Shown one piece after another: positions 21,313-31,202 of a stretch of DNA of 64,000 bases. Below the pieces are notes generated by a model. That model was not told the origin of the DNA, searched no databases, and worked only from the letters and a program-made list of their open reading frames with translations. A program made the position numbers and the translations under genes. Within the stretch, counting starts at the first letter, position 1. Each line of letters begins with the position of its first letter. The stretch is from positions 1,020,860 through 1,084,859 of the forward strand of contig CAWBPL010000002.1 in NCBI GenBank assembly GCA_963790805.1. The letters are read 5' to 3'. The stretch comes from Candidatus Gottesmanbacteria bacterium (GTDB lineage Bacteria > Patescibacteriota > Microgenomatia > UBA10105 > UBA927).

Positions 21313-21973
21313 GTTGCCTTTTTGCGGTTTGAGAGTAAGTCGGGCCTGCGAAGTTTTGTACGCTTGTGAGCTTGAGCGGTTCTCCAATGAAGAATTTTTA
21401 TTATGATCACCCGACAACAGTATTGACGGCACTTTCAGCGTTTTGTATATTTCGGGTCTGGTGAATTGAGGGTATTCCAAAAAGTTTTCGAGAAAACGAT
21501 TCATCTTCTGTGGCGACAGGTTGTTTGAGTACGCCATGCAGTAACCGTACGACGCTATCGACAATGACCATGGCTGCTATTTCACCGCCGGTGAGAATGT
21601 AGTCTCCAATGGAAATTTCATCGTCAACGAGCGAGCGCACGCGATCATCGATCGTTTCGTAATGGCCGCAAAGAAGAATGAGGTGCTCATATGCGCTTAA
21701 TTGTTTTGCTTTCGATTGTTTATACGCTTCGCCCTGAGGGTCCAAAAGGATCGTTCTGGTTTTACTGTGCGGATGCATTTGTTTGGCATATTCCAGAGCT
21801 TTATCAAGGATGTCGACGCGCATGATCATACCGTGTCCCCCGCCATACGGACGGTCGTCAACACTTTTATACTGGTCGTCTGAAAAATCGCGGATATTTA
21901 TATAGTTTACACGTACAAGATGTTGGTCGGTTGCTCGTTTGATAATTGATTGATCAAAGGGGCCGCGAAACAT
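21309..21973 (-). CDS. trmD: tRNA (guanine37-N1)-methyltransferase, reading frame broken twice by 1-nt insertions
   Basis: The N-terminal 160 aa are typical TrmD (DDRPYGGGHGMIM, LLCGHYETIDDRV, ISIGDYILTGGE). The motif LEYPQFTRPEIYKTLKVPSILLSGDHNK continues in the +1 frame. ILHWRTAQAHKRTKLRRPDLL then continues in the next +1 frame, ending at TAA 21311-21309. The shifts fall at A4 21493-21496 and T5 21395-21399. Confidence 0.85.
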
Positions 21974-22019
21974 TTCGGGGAATAGCGTACAAATGACTTA
22001 TATGAAGCATACAAGATTA

Positions 22020-22268
22020 TTATTCAGCCGGTTGTTTTTCTTCCGCAAGAACTACGTCAACGAAGAGATTTTCTTTCGTCGCCATGAGCTTCATAAGGTC
22101 ACGAAGGGCCTTGATGATTCTGCCGCTTTTTCCGATGATTTTGCCGAAATCTTCTTCGTGCGCATGAATGGTCAGAAGTACTCTAGAATCCTCTTTTTCT
22201 TCGTCAACGACGATTGATTCGGGGTGATCAACGATATTTTCCAACAAAAACTGCAACGTTTTTTTCAT
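22020..22268 (-). CDS. KH-domain RNA-binding protein (UPF0109/YlqC-like)
   Basis: 82 aa with a GKIIGKSGRIIKALR GXXG KH motif. It occupies the conserved position between rpsP and trmD. Confidence 0.8.
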   Translation of the reverse strand: MKKTLQFLLENIVDHPESIVVDEEKEDSRVLLTIHAHEEDFGKIIGKSGRIIKALRDLMKLMATKENLFVDVVLAEEKQPAE

Positions 22269-22271
22269 GGA

Positions 22272-22497
22272 TTATTTCAACAGGTTCGCGACAGCCGGTG
22301 TTATCTGGGCTCCGTTTTTCTGCCAATATTCAATACGGTCTTTTTTTAGCTGAATCTGAGGAGGTTTCACAAGTGGATTATAATACCCCAATATCTCAAC
22401 CTCTCTTCCCGTTTCGTCGTTTGCCCTCTTCAATGGCAACGATCCGGTACGTTTTTCGATTTGTGGCACCTGTCTGCGCGAGTCGAATTTTTAGCAT
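22272..22497 (-). CDS. rpsP: 30S ribosomal protein S16, reading frame broken by a 1-nt insertion
   Basis: ATG at 22497 gives MLKIRLAQTGATNRKTYRIVAIEEGKRRNG, then a premature stop. The +1 frame continues as REVEILGYYNPLVKPPQIQLKKDRIEYWQKNGAQ. The shift lies near the C3 run at 22408-22410. Confidence 0.85.
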
Positions 22498-22511
22498 AGG
22501 AAGCTATTTTA

Positions 22512-23198
22512 TCATGCTTTTCCCATCTTCTCAAGCGCGTCGTATGCTGCTGCCTGTTCTGCTTCCTGTTTAGATTTTCCTGATCCGGATCCCAAAGGTG
22601 ATCCGTTTGCCGTTGCCTGCACCCAGAATGTCTTTGCATGATCAGGCCCTTCGCTTTTTATTACTTGGTACGTGGGAGAAATTCTTGATTCCTGCTGGAT
22701 AATTTCCTGAAGAAGGCTTTTATAATCGACATACGCTTTGGTATTTACAATTTCTTTCGTCTTTGGAAACAAATACGTGAGAAGAAACAACCTGACCGTG
22801 TCGACGCCCTTATCAAGAAACATGGCGCCTAAAAGCGCCTCAAATACATCTGCAAGGAGGGACGGGTTATTTCTGCCTCCTGAGGCTTCTTCGCCATGAC
22901 TTAACAGCAGAAGCTCTCCGAGATGCAGCGTGCGCGCGACGTCCGCAAGACTATTTGTTTTTACAAGACTTGAGCGGATGTTGGTAAGTGTTCCTTCAGG
23001 ATAATCGGGATATTGCTCATAAAGGAAATGGGACGTTAAAAACGATAAAACGGAGTCACCCAAAAATTCCAGCCGTTCGTTTGAAACGCGTTTGCTTTTA
23101 ACCTCATTCAAATGTGATCGGTGCACAAAGGCACGCTCGAGTAAGCTTTTGTCGTTAAATGAGACGTTAATCGTTTTTTGTAAATCATCAAACGTCAT
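22512..23198 (-). CDS. rnc: Ribonuclease III
   Basis: [12 protein letters not shown] signature and a C-terminal dsRBD ([18 protein letters not shown]). Confidence 0.95.
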   Translation of the reverse strand: MTFDDLQKTINVSFNDKSLLERAFVHRSHLNEVKSKRVSNERLEFLGDSVLSFLTSHFLYEQYPDYPEGTLTNIRSSLVKTNSLADVARTLHLGELLLLSHGEEASGGRNNPSLLADVFEALLGAMFLDKGVDTVRLFLLTYLFPKTKEIVNTKAYVDYKSLLQEIIQQESRISPTYQVIKSEGPDHAKTFWVQATANGSPLGSGSGKSKQEAEQAAAYDALEKMGKA

Positions 23199-23542
23199 GT
23201 TTGTTCTTTTAGAATTGATCCCAATACGCCGTTCACAAATTTTGCGCTGTTATCGTTGCCGTAGGCTTTGGCAAGCTCGACCGCTTCATCTATAACGACT
23301 TTGGACGGCTCTTTATGCGCGGATAATTCAAATGCCGCGAGCCGTAAGATCGCCAAATCGATGTGCGCAATTTTGGGAAGTGGCCACTGCTGAGCAGCTT
23401 TCTGAATTTGCGTATCGAGTGTGGGAAGCATTTTTACAATATCAGCAATCTCGGGATCTGATTGGGGTTGAAAACTGAGAGCAAATAATTTTTGCATCCG
23501 CTCTATGCGTTTCTGGTGTCTGGGATCATTGGGGGTTTTCAT
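23195..23542 (-). CDS. nusB: NusB-family antitermination protein
   Basis: [10 protein letters not shown] and [27 protein letters not shown]. The start is set at the second ATG (MKTPND), which has GAGG upstream. Confidence 0.8.
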   Translation of the reverse strand: MKTPNDPRHQKRIERMQKLFALSFQPQSDPEIADIVKMLPTLDTQIQKAAQQWPLPKIAHIDLAILRLAAFELSAHKEPSKVVIDEAVELAKAYGNDNSAKFVNGVLGSILKEQT

Positions 23543-23609
23543 GAATACACGCCTCATGAATTACGAATCATGAATTAAAACAGTATTGAAAAGTTTTAAT
23601 TCCTCATTC

Positions 23610-23816
23610 TTAACTCTGTGTTTTTTTTGCTTTTTTAACTTTTTGTTTTACACGTTCCTGTCCGTTGTATGTTCCGCAATTTGGGCATACGCGATGCGGG
23701 AGTTTAAGGGCACCGCACTGAGGGCATTTTATGAGTCCCAGAAGCCCAAGTTTAATCGCGGCTTTGCGTTTGCCGCCTCTTCGTGTACTGTGTCGTCTTT
23801 TTGGTAATGGAGCCAT
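23610..23816 (-). CDS. rpmF: 50S ribosomal protein L32
   Basis: MAPLPKRRHSTRRGGKR and a CPQCG..CPNCG zinc ribbon. Confidence 0.9.
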   Translation of the reverse strand: MAPLPKRRHSTRRGGKRKAAIKLGLLGLIKCPQCGALKLPHRVCPNCGTYNGQERVKQKVKKAKKTQS

Positions 23817-23829
23817 AGGATAATCTTAT

Positions 23830-25938
23830 TTAATCCTGCGTAATAGCCCTTATTGTACCTTTTCTGGCTTTCTCTCTCAAGAGGGGAAATGCAGCAAGGC
23901 TCGGATCGGCGGTTTTTAACGCCGTAAGGGCGGTTTGGGTTTCCTCGATTGTTTTCATGTCGGTGAGGCTGGCAATTTTCAGATTTGGAATTCCATGCTG
24001 TCGGGTTCCTAAAAGTTCGCCGGCTCCCCGCAGTTTCAAATCAATTTCCGCAAGTTCAGGTCCGCTATAGACATGTTCCAATGATTTAAGCCGTTCGATC
24101 GTATGGGGATCTTCATTGTTCGTGAACAAAAGGCAACAGGATGATAGTGTCCCTCTTCCGACCCTGCCGCGCAGCTGGTGGAGCTGACCCAAGCCGAATC
24201 GGTCAGCGGCCTCGACCATCATGATGGTCGCGTTTGGAATGTCGATGCCGACTTCAACAACGGGAGTGGCGACGAGGATTACAGTTTTTTTATCACGGAA
24301 CGCATCCAGCGCTTTCGATTTTTCCTGCGGTTTCAGACGACCATGAAGAAGACCAAGTGAAAATTTCGGGAATATTGATAACAGTTTTTTATACTCCTCG
24401 GTTACCGCTTTCACGGAAACAAGGCTTTCCGATTCCGACTCCTCAATAAGAGGACAGATGATAAATGCCTGTCCGCCGGTTTTTTCCAGTTGTTCCGTAA
24501 TCCATGCATACGCGGATTTGCGCTTTTCCTGCGGAACGACCCACGTTTTTACTTTCATCCTTCCCTTGGGCATTTGGGTCAGCGTTGAAAGATCCATGTG
24601 GCCTAACATGGTTTTGGCGACAGTTCTTGGAATTGGGGTTGCCGTCATGGTAAGTAAATGCGGTATTTTCCCGCTTTCGTTTTTTTCCGTAAGCTTGCTT
24701 CGCTGCGATACGCCGAACCGGTGCTGTTCGTCAATGATCACCAGCCCCAAGCGGTTAAACGTAAGGGATTCTGAGAGAAGCGCATGAGTTCCGATAACGA
24801 CAGACAGTTCATCTGTCATCGCCGGTTCAATCTTCGTCTGATGTTTTGTGCGGGTTTTAGGGAGCGATTTAATATTTCCCGTCATAAGATCGACGCGAAT
24901 ATGAAGTGGCGTCAGTAACTTCGAGATGGTTTCATAATGCTGTTCGGCCAGTATTTGCGTCGGCGCCATGAGAACGGATTGGAAGCCATTTCTGTACGCG
25001 ACATACATGGCGATAGCTGCAACGACCGTTTTTCCTGAACCCACATCTCCCTCAAGTAATCGGTTCATCGGAAAAGTCTTCGTAAGATCAGCACATATGT
25101 GTTCAAGTGCGTTTTTTTGATCGCCCGTGAGCTCAAAAGGCAATGAATCAACGAGTGACGCGACATCTTCTTCAGGAATCGAAAACTGGTACGCCGACTG
25201 TTCTTTCTGGCGGGTATAGCGCTGTTCATACGCCCTCGCTTGGAGAATGAGCAATTCATCAAACGAAAGTCTTCGTCTGGCGTTTTGGGCTGCTTCAAGG
25301 GCTTCAGGAAAATGAATCGTTTGAAGAGCACTTCCCAGTGGCATAAGGTGTTGAGACGCTAAAATATTTGACGGTACGAATTCTTCTACGGTCGGTACGA
25401 CTTGTTCCAGTAAAAACGCAATCCTTCCCCGCATCCATTTTGACGATACGCCTTCAGTTTCAGGATATACCGGAACGAGTCTGCCGGTGTGAAGTGATAC
25501 GCCGGAATCTTCATCCGCGAGAACTTCATACTGCGGTGAATTCATGACCATTTTGTGGCCGAACCACGAAATTTCTCCGGACAGCCGAATGGTGAGTCCT
25601 TCGCGAATGACACTTCGCAAATACGGTTGATTAAACCAGATGACCGATAAACTTCCCGTATCGTCGGAAACTCTGGCTTCCTGTAAACGTTTTCCGGTTT
25701 TGGTAATAAACGCGCTGAACTTTTCGACCAATCCTTTTATCGTGACCGTTTCGCCGGGCTGGACTTCTGCAATTGTTGAGACCAGTGAAAAATCATCGTA
25801 TCGAAACGGCACGTGATACAAAAGGTCCTGTACGGTTTCGATACCCAGCCGTGACAAGCGTGATGCCATAGTCGGGCCGATGCGCGGGACAAAACGGATG
25901 GGAGTATCAAGAGAAATATCCATGATGTGATTATACAT
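23830..25938 (-). CDS. recG: ATP-dependent DNA helicase RecG
   Basis: 702 aa with a wedge/OB N-terminus, LLEGDVGSGKT (motif I), DEQHRFG (motif II) and QLHQLRGRVGRG (motif VI). Confidence 0.9.
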   Translation of the reverse strand: MYNHIMDISLDTPIRFVPRIGPTMASRLSRLGIETVQDLLYHVPFRYDDFSLVSTIAEVQPGETVTIKGLVEKFSAFITKTGKRLQEARVSDDTGSLSVIWFNQPYLRSVIREGLTIRLSGEISWFGHKMVMNSPQYEVLADEDSGVSLHTGRLVPVYPETEGVSSKWMRGRIAFLLEQVVPTVEEFVPSNILASQHLMPLGSALQTIHFPEALEAAQNARRRLSFDELLILQARAYEQRYTRQKEQSAYQFSIPEEDVASLVDSLPFELTGDQKNALEHICADLTKTFPMNRLLEGDVGSGKTVVAAIAMYVAYRNGFQSVLMAPTQILAEQHYETISKLLTPLHIRVDLMTGNIKSLPKTRTKHQTKIEPAMTDELSVVIGTHALLSESLTFNRLGLVIIDEQHRFGVSQRSKLTEKNESGKIPHLLTMTATPIPRTVAKTMLGHMDLSTLTQMPKGRMKVKTWVVPQEKRKSAYAWITEQLEKTGGQAFIICPLIEESESESLVSVKAVTEEYKKLLSIFPKFSLGLLHGRLKPQEKSKALDAFRDKKTVILVATPVVEVGIDIPNATIMMVEAADRFGLGQLHQLRGRVGRGTLSSCCLLFTNNEDPHTIERLKSLEHVYSGPELAEIDLKLRGAGELLGTRQHGIPNLKIASLTDMKTIEETQTALTALKTADPSLAAFPLLREKARKGTIRAITQD

Positions 25939-25946
25939 TGATGCGT

Positions 25947-26054
25947 CTACCTGCCGAGTGTGAGAAGCGGTAAAAATGCCGATGCGATAAGCGCGAGGGA
26001 TGAAATGACGACAATGACTTTCCAGAATTTTTCGTGTTTGCGAAAAAAGTTCAT
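25947..26054 (-). CDS. Possible 35-aa single-TM small protein (not in the ORF track)
   Basis: My translation is MNFFRKHEKFWKVIVVISSLALIASAFLPLLTLGR. It exactly fills the tyrS-recG gap. No homology support is available. Confidence 0.2.
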   Translation of the reverse strand: MNFFRKHEKFWKVIVVISSLALIASAFLPLLTLGR

Positions 26055-26055
26055 A

Positions 26056-27255
26056 TCACTTACCGATTTTAACAGCTTTTCGGCCCACCTTAAAGATGTC
26101 GTTTGCTTTTAATGAAAGTGGTTCCTTCGGATTAGTAATTGTGACGTCATTAATACTCACTGATCCTTGAGTTACGAGTCGGCGGGCATCTGAATTGCTT
26201 TGTGCAAGTTTAAGGGCCGTTAAATAGTCAATTGCCCCTACAGTTGAAGGTAATGCGCTTAAGGAAACTGTTGGCAGGTTGGATTCCTGCAAGTTACCCT
26301 TTTGAAATCTCATTTCAAACTCTTTTTGCGCGCTTTGTGCAGATCCTTCGTCATTAAATTGTTTCGTCAGCTCCAACGCGAGCATTTTTTTGTAAACCAT
26401 CGGGTTTCCGCCTTCGCTCATCCGTTTTTCCATATCTTTAATGGTTTCTGTTGGCGTGTCGGTTAACAGCGTAAAACACGGAACAATTGCGTCATCTCCG
26501 AGCGACATGATTTTGGCATAAAATTCATTTGGGAGGTCGGTAAGACCAATGACGTTCCCTTCGGTTTTCCCGATTTTAACGCCCTTGGAATCCGTAAGAA
26601 GCGGCACAGTCATGACGAATTTTTCCTTGCCGAGCATATTTTTCACCAGCGTTCGTCCGGCTAACATATTAAACATCTGATCTGATCCGCCCAATTCCAA
26701 ATCCACTTTCATTGCGACAGAATCATACCCTTGTAGTAATGGATACAAAAATTCCCGTAAATTAATCGGGTCCCCCGCTTTCATACGGACTTGGTACATG
26801 TCCCGTTCAATCATTTGCTGAACAGTGAAGTGCTCCGCAAGTCCTAAAATATCTTCTAGTTTTAACTGGGTGAGCCAGTCGCCGTTATAGCGGATCTCCG
26901 CAGCATTCGGCCCGTCGAAGCGGACAATTTTTGCAGCCTGCATGACGTAATCCTTTGCATTCGCACGAAGTTCGTCACGTGATAGAAATTTTTCCCGTGC
27001 TCTTGTTTTTCCGGACGGATCCCCCGCCTGACCGGTACCATCCCCTATTAAAAATATTACGTGATGACCAAGCTCCTGCCATTGTTTCAATTTCCGAAGT
27101 CCCACCGCGTGCCCGATGTGGAACTGCATGCCTGTGGGATCAAATCCCTGATAGAGCGTCAGTTTTTTGTCGCTTCTTAGCACCTTTTCCAGCGCCTCTC
27201 GCGACGGATAGATTGAATCGACGCCTCTTGTTAATAAATGTTCGATTGGGTCCAT
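26056..27255 (-). CDS. tyrS: Tyrosyl-tRNA synthetase
   Basis: YQGFDPTGMQFHIGHAVG (HIGH), a KIGKT variant of KMSKS, and a C-terminal S4-like domain (ARRLVTQGSVSINDV). Confidence 0.88.
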   Translation of the reverse strand: MDPIEHLLTRGVDSIYPSREALEKVLRSDKKLTLYQGFDPTGMQFHIGHAVGLRKLKQWQELGHHVIFLIGDGTGQAGDPSGKTRAREKFLSRDELRANAKDYVMQAAKIVRFDGPNAAEIRYNGDWLTQLKLEDILGLAEHFTVQQMIERDMYQVRMKAGDPINLREFLYPLLQGYDSVAMKVDLELGGSDQMFNMLAGRTLVKNMLGKEKFVMTVPLLTDSKGVKIGKTEGNVIGLTDLPNEFYAKIMSLGDDAIVPCFTLLTDTPTETIKDMEKRMSEGGNPMVYKKMLALELTKQFNDEGSAQSAQKEFEMRFQKGNLQESNLPTVSLSALPSTVGAIDYLTALKLAQSNSDARRLVTQGSVSINDVTITNPKEPLSLKANDIFKVGRKAVKIGK

Positions 27256-27348
27256 AATACTTTCTTAACTATAGCATAACTTCGTATTGCTATCCATAAA
27301 TAGCGTCGTCTATTTGTCAAAATCCGCAAAGGTGGATAGAATGAAGTT

Positions 27349-29949
27349 ATGGTCGAAATGTTCTCTCTGTTTCACGAGCGACAGCTTCGTCGCCGTTTTA
27401 ATTTCCGCCGTGTTCGGACACGCACGTGGGCGACGATCGCGATGTACGCGTTTGGCGCATTGGTTGTATTGTCGCTTTTTATCGGCATTTTATTTGCATG
27501 GTACGCAAAAGACTTGCCGCGACCCGATAAGGTGCAACGGACAAACGGACTCTCAACGGTTATTTTAGACCGCAACGGCCAGACGCTCTATGATATTTAC
27601 CAAAATCAAAACAGGCTTCCCGTACAATTTGCGGATATTCCGACGTATTTGAAAGAAGGAACAATATCGGTTGAGGATAAAGATTTTTACAAGCATCCGG
27701 GGATTTCAGTGACTGGTATACTTCGTTCAATATTAAGCATTATTACGTTTCAGGGTGTCGAAGGCGGATCCACGCTGACGCAACAACTTGTAAAAAACGT
27801 TTTATTGACCAATGAGCGTACGCTTCCCAGAAAAATCAAAGAAGCAATACTCGCCATCCAAATTGAGCATAAATATACCAAGGACGAAATTCTTCAAATG
27901 TATTTGAATGAAGCTCCCTACGGTGGAACTGCGTTTGGTGTGGAATCCGCGGCGGAATATTATTTCAGTAAATCCGTCAAAGATCTGAATCTTGTCGAAT
28001 GCGCCATTTTAGCCGGTTTACCGCAATCCCCGTCCGCCTATTCCCCGTTCACCGGTCAACCAAAAGCATATGTTTGGAGGACCCAGCAGGTGTTGCGGCG
28101 CATGCAGGAAGACGGATATATTACCTCCATTCAGGAGACGGAAGCGGACAAGGCCCTTAATACAGTACAGTTTGCCGAGGATAACGGGAGTCTGCGTGCT
28201 CCCCATTTTGTTGCCTATGTGAAAGATCAGCTTGTTGAAAAATTCGGGACGCAGACGGTTGAGGGCGGCGGGCTCAAAGTAACAACGACGCTTGACTGGA
28301 ATTTACAGGATAAAGCGCAGCAAATCGTAAAGGATGAAGTGACGAAAGCAAAATACTTAAAAGTATCAAACGGCGCTGCGGTTGTTATCGATCCGCAAAC
28401 CGGAGAAATACTGGCTATGGTCGGGTCAAAAGATTATACGGCCACAGATAGCGGCGGGTACAAATTTAACGTAGCGGTTCAGGGGCTACGTCAGCCGGGA
28501 AGTTCCATAAAACCGTTTACGTACGCAACGGCATTCAAAAAAGGCTATACGGCGGCAACGGTACTTACTGATGTTGATACAAAATATCCCTCAGGCGATC
28601 CGAAAATACCCGAGTATGAGCCAAAAAATTATGACGGAAAGTTTCGGGGTCCTATGCAACTGCGATATGCACTTGGTAATTCAATAAATACAATCGCGGT
28701 GAAAGTAAGCGCGCTTGTCGGAGTTAAGGACGCGTTGCAAACTGCGTATGACATGGGCATAACAACGCTTGAACCAACGGCGGATAATTTAAAACGCTTG
28801 GGACTTTCGATGACCTTAGGGGGAGGTGAAGTGACGCTTCTGGATTTGACGAGCGCCTATGGAGCGTTCGCAACCGGAGGGATGCGGCAACCTCCCGTTT
28901 CTATTTTGAAAGTTGAAGACCCCAACGGTAAAGTGTTGTATCAATATACGCCTGTCGCTCCGACACGGGTGCTTCCCCAAGACGTCGCGTACATGATTTC
29001 GGATGTACTTTCCGACAACGATGCCAGAAAAGATGAATTCGGTTCACACTCCTATCTGTATGTGCCAGGGCATACTGTTGCCGCAAAAACCGGTACCACC
29101 GACGATAAGCGGGATAACTGGACAGAGGGATACACTCCGACCGTTGTCGTCGGAGCTTGGGTTGGCAACAATGACAATTCGCCGATGAATCCGGCTTTGG
29201 CTTCGGGTATTACGGGAGCGGCGCCGATTTGGAACCGCATCATGACGGCAGCGCTCGCCGGAAAAAAAGATGAGCCGTTTGTAAGGCCCAGCGATATCGT
29301 CGAGATGGATGTAGATGCCTATGGCGGAGGTCTTCCGATTTCCGGTCAGCCGACGCGGAAGGAACGCTTTATTAAAGGAACAGAGCCGACCGGTCCGTCT
29401 CCTATTTATGATAATGTAAAAATTTCCCGTCACGACAGCAGTAAACTTGCTAATTCCGTAGAAATAGCTCAGGGGAATTATGATACGAAACTGTACGTTG
29501 TTATTAAAGAAAATGATCCGGTTTCCTCGGATGGCCAGAACAGATGGCAGCAGGCCATTGATGCATGGATTGCCGGTCAATCGGATCCAAAATTTCATCC
29601 GCCGACGGATACCTATCAGGGTTCGGATGCTGTTGCCGTATCGATTAAGGATCCGACCGATATGGAACAGGTTAATACAAATGATGTTTCGGTCCGCGTG
29701 GAGTCGGCAAGCACCAATACGATTACGAAGGTTGATATTTATGTTGACGGAACACAAGTAGCTGAGCAATCAAGCGGGAATTTTACCGTCACCGTTCACA
29801 TAGCCAATGGTTCGCATTCCTTGGGAGCCCGCGCGTATGATAATAAAGGAAACAGTACAGAGCAGGATATTCATATTGGCGTGAATCAGGCGTATGCGAC
29901 TCCGACCCCAACGCCGACCTTGACCCCAACGCCGACGCCTTCTATTTAA
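27349..29949 (+). CDS. Bifunctional class A penicillin-binding protein (GT51 transglycosylase + transpeptidase) with a C-terminal Ig-like domain and Thr/Pro tail
   Basis: EDKDFYKHPG, GGSTLTQQLVKN and RKIKE (GT51 motifs). SSIKP (SxxK), SIN and KTGTT (transpeptidase motifs). The protein ends in ATPTPTPTLTPTPTPSI. Confidence 0.9.
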   Translation: MVEMFSLFHERQLRRRFNFRRVRTRTWATIAMYAFGALVVLSLFIGILFAWYAKDLPRPDKVQRTNGLSTVILDRNGQTLYDIYQNQNRLPVQFADIPTYLKEGTISVEDKDFYKHPGISVTGILRSILSIITFQGVEGGSTLTQQLVKNVLLTNERTLPRKIKEAILAIQIEHKYTKDEILQMYLNEAPYGGTAFGVESAAEYYFSKSVKDLNLVECAILAGLPQSPSAYSPFTGQPKAYVWRTQQVLRRMQEDGYITSIQETEADKALNTVQFAEDNGSLRAPHFVAYVKDQLVEKFGTQTVEGGGLKVTTTLDWNLQDKAQQIVKDEVTKAKYLKVSNGAAVVIDPQTGEILAMVGSKDYTATDSGGYKFNVAVQGLRQPGSSIKPFTYATAFKKGYTAATVLTDVDTKYPSGDPKIPEYEPKNYDGKFRGPMQLRYALGNSINTIAVKVSALVGVKDALQTAYDMGITTLEPTADNLKRLGLSMTLGGGEVTLLDLTSAYGAFATGGMRQPPVSILKVEDPNGKVLYQYTPVAPTRVLPQDVAYMISDVLSDNDARKDEFGSHSYLYVPGHTVAAKTGTTDDKRDNWTEGYTPTVVVGAWVGNNDNSPMNPALASGITGAAPIWNRIMTAALAGKKDEPFVRPSDIVEMDVDAYGGGLPISGQPTRKERFIKGTEPTGPSPIYDNVKISRHDSSKLANSVEIAQGNYDTKLYVVIKENDPVSSDGQNRWQQAIDAWIAGQSDPKFHPPTDTYQGSDAVAVSIKDPTDMEQVNTNDVSVRVESASTNTITKVDIYVDGTQVAEQSSGNFTVTVHIANGSHSLGARAYDNKGNSTEQDIHIGVNQAYATPTPTPTLTPTPTPSI

Positions 29950-31159
29950 GGTGTTTGATCATTTCCGTAACAATGACGCCTGCTATGATTGTTTTCGGTG
30001 CACGCGGGATATGTTTGTTCTGACCATCTGAATGAATAACATGTACCTCGTTATAATCCGAACCGATTCCCTGATTTGCCTTTCCGACATCGTTGGCGAC
30101 GATCATGTCTGCATGAGCCCTGTGTAGACGCTTCGAAGCAACACCTATAAGCGTTTTGTCAGATAAGCGGTATTCAGCTTTGAATGCAACAAGAAACACG
30201 TTCGGGTTTATGGTTTTCACGGCATCAAGAATTTTTGTTTGCGGCTCAAGTTCAAGCGACAGCGGCGTCTCGCTTGATGACTTCCCCGCCTGCGAGTTTT
30301 TGACTTTGAAATCCGATACGGCTGCGGCATGAATGAAAATATCGCAATGCGAAAGATTTGTTTTTATTAATTGGCGAAGGCTTTCGGCTGTTGTAAATGA
30401 TTGTTCCTTGATACCATATCGTGAGTGGGCAGCACTGTCGGATCGAAGAAGGAGTACGTCGGCTCCGCGCAGAAAACATTCGTCGGCGATCGCAATGCCC
30501 ATCTTGCCCGAGCTTCGATTCGTTATAACGCGTACGTCATCAATAGGCTCAATGGTGCCGCCCGCCGTTATGATGACTCTTTTTCCTTTTAAATCGGAAG
30601 TTGTTTTTATGAACCGGAAAACTTCCTCTTCAATGGAAGCAAGCGTCGGCAGTCTTCCTTCCCCTTCATAGCCGCATGCGAGCATCCCCTTATCAGGACC
30701 AAATGTATGGATGCCAAGCGTGTGAAGCGTCTCTATATTTCGCTGCGTTGCGGGATTATTCCACATAAAGACGTTCATGGATGGACAAACGAGAATGGGA
30801 CAGGTCGCGGCAAGTGCAGTCGTCGTTACGTAATCATCCGCAATGCCTGCGGCAATTTTGGCGATTACGTTGGCGGTAGCCGGTACGACAACAAAGAGGC
30901 TTGCGCGGTTGGCTAAATCAATATGCTCGACGTGCCGGTTCGCGAGGATTTCTGTTGCTTTAAATGAATCGTCAAAAAGCTGCGTGTACACACGATGTTC
31001 GCTTGCGCTTTTCAATTCGTTGGCGTCGACAATGCGGGTAGCCGAAGGAGTCATGATGACCCTGACGTCGAAGTTTCGTTTGCTAAGATTTGTGACGAGT
31101 TCGGGAGTTTTGACTGCCGCAATGCCGCCGGTTATACCGATGAGAATCATTTGTTTCAT
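29942..31159 (-). CDS. coaBC: Bifunctional phosphopantothenoylcysteine decarboxylase / phosphopantothenate-cysteine ligase
   Basis: 405 aa with an N-terminal flavoprotein domain (ILIGITGGIAAVKTPEL, PATANVIAKIAAGIADD) and a C-terminal DFP domain (ITNRSSGKMG). Confidence 0.9.
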   Translation of the reverse strand: MKQMILIGITGGIAAVKTPELVTNLSKRNFDVRVIMTPSATRIVDANELKSASEHRVYTQLFDDSFKATEILANRHVEHIDLANRASLFVVVPATANVIAKIAAGIADDYVTTTALAATCPILVCPSMNVFMWNNPATQRNIETLHTLGIHTFGPDKGMLACGYEGEGRLPTLASIEEEVFRFIKTTSDLKGKRVIITAGGTIEPIDDVRVITNRSSGKMGIAIADECFLRGADVLLLRSDSAAHSRYGIKEQSFTTAESLRQLIKTNLSHCDIFIHAAAVSDFKVKNSQAGKSSSETPLSLELEPQTKILDAVKTINPNVFLVAFKAEYRLSDKTLIGVASKRLHRAHADMIVANDVGKANQGIGSDYNEVHVIHSDGQNKHIPRAPKTIIAGVIVTEMIKHLK

Positions 31160-31202
31160 GGGAAGCTATTGTATCAGCCGAAACCGATTGAGACAAACAT
31201 GG

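Noticed and set aside
11095-22497. Programmed ribosomal frameshifting as the explanation for the split trmD, rpsP and DUF2723 genes
   Set aside because: There are four events in three unrelated genes, in both directions (+1 and -1). All fall at short homopolymers, with no slippery heptamer or downstream stimulatory structure. Homopolymer length error or phase variation is the simpler explanation.
29044-29769. 241-aa minus-strand ORF inside PBP1A
   Set aside because: It is antisense to a clearly conserved PBP transpeptidase/Ig-like region, is Arg/Ile-rich, and shows no motif.
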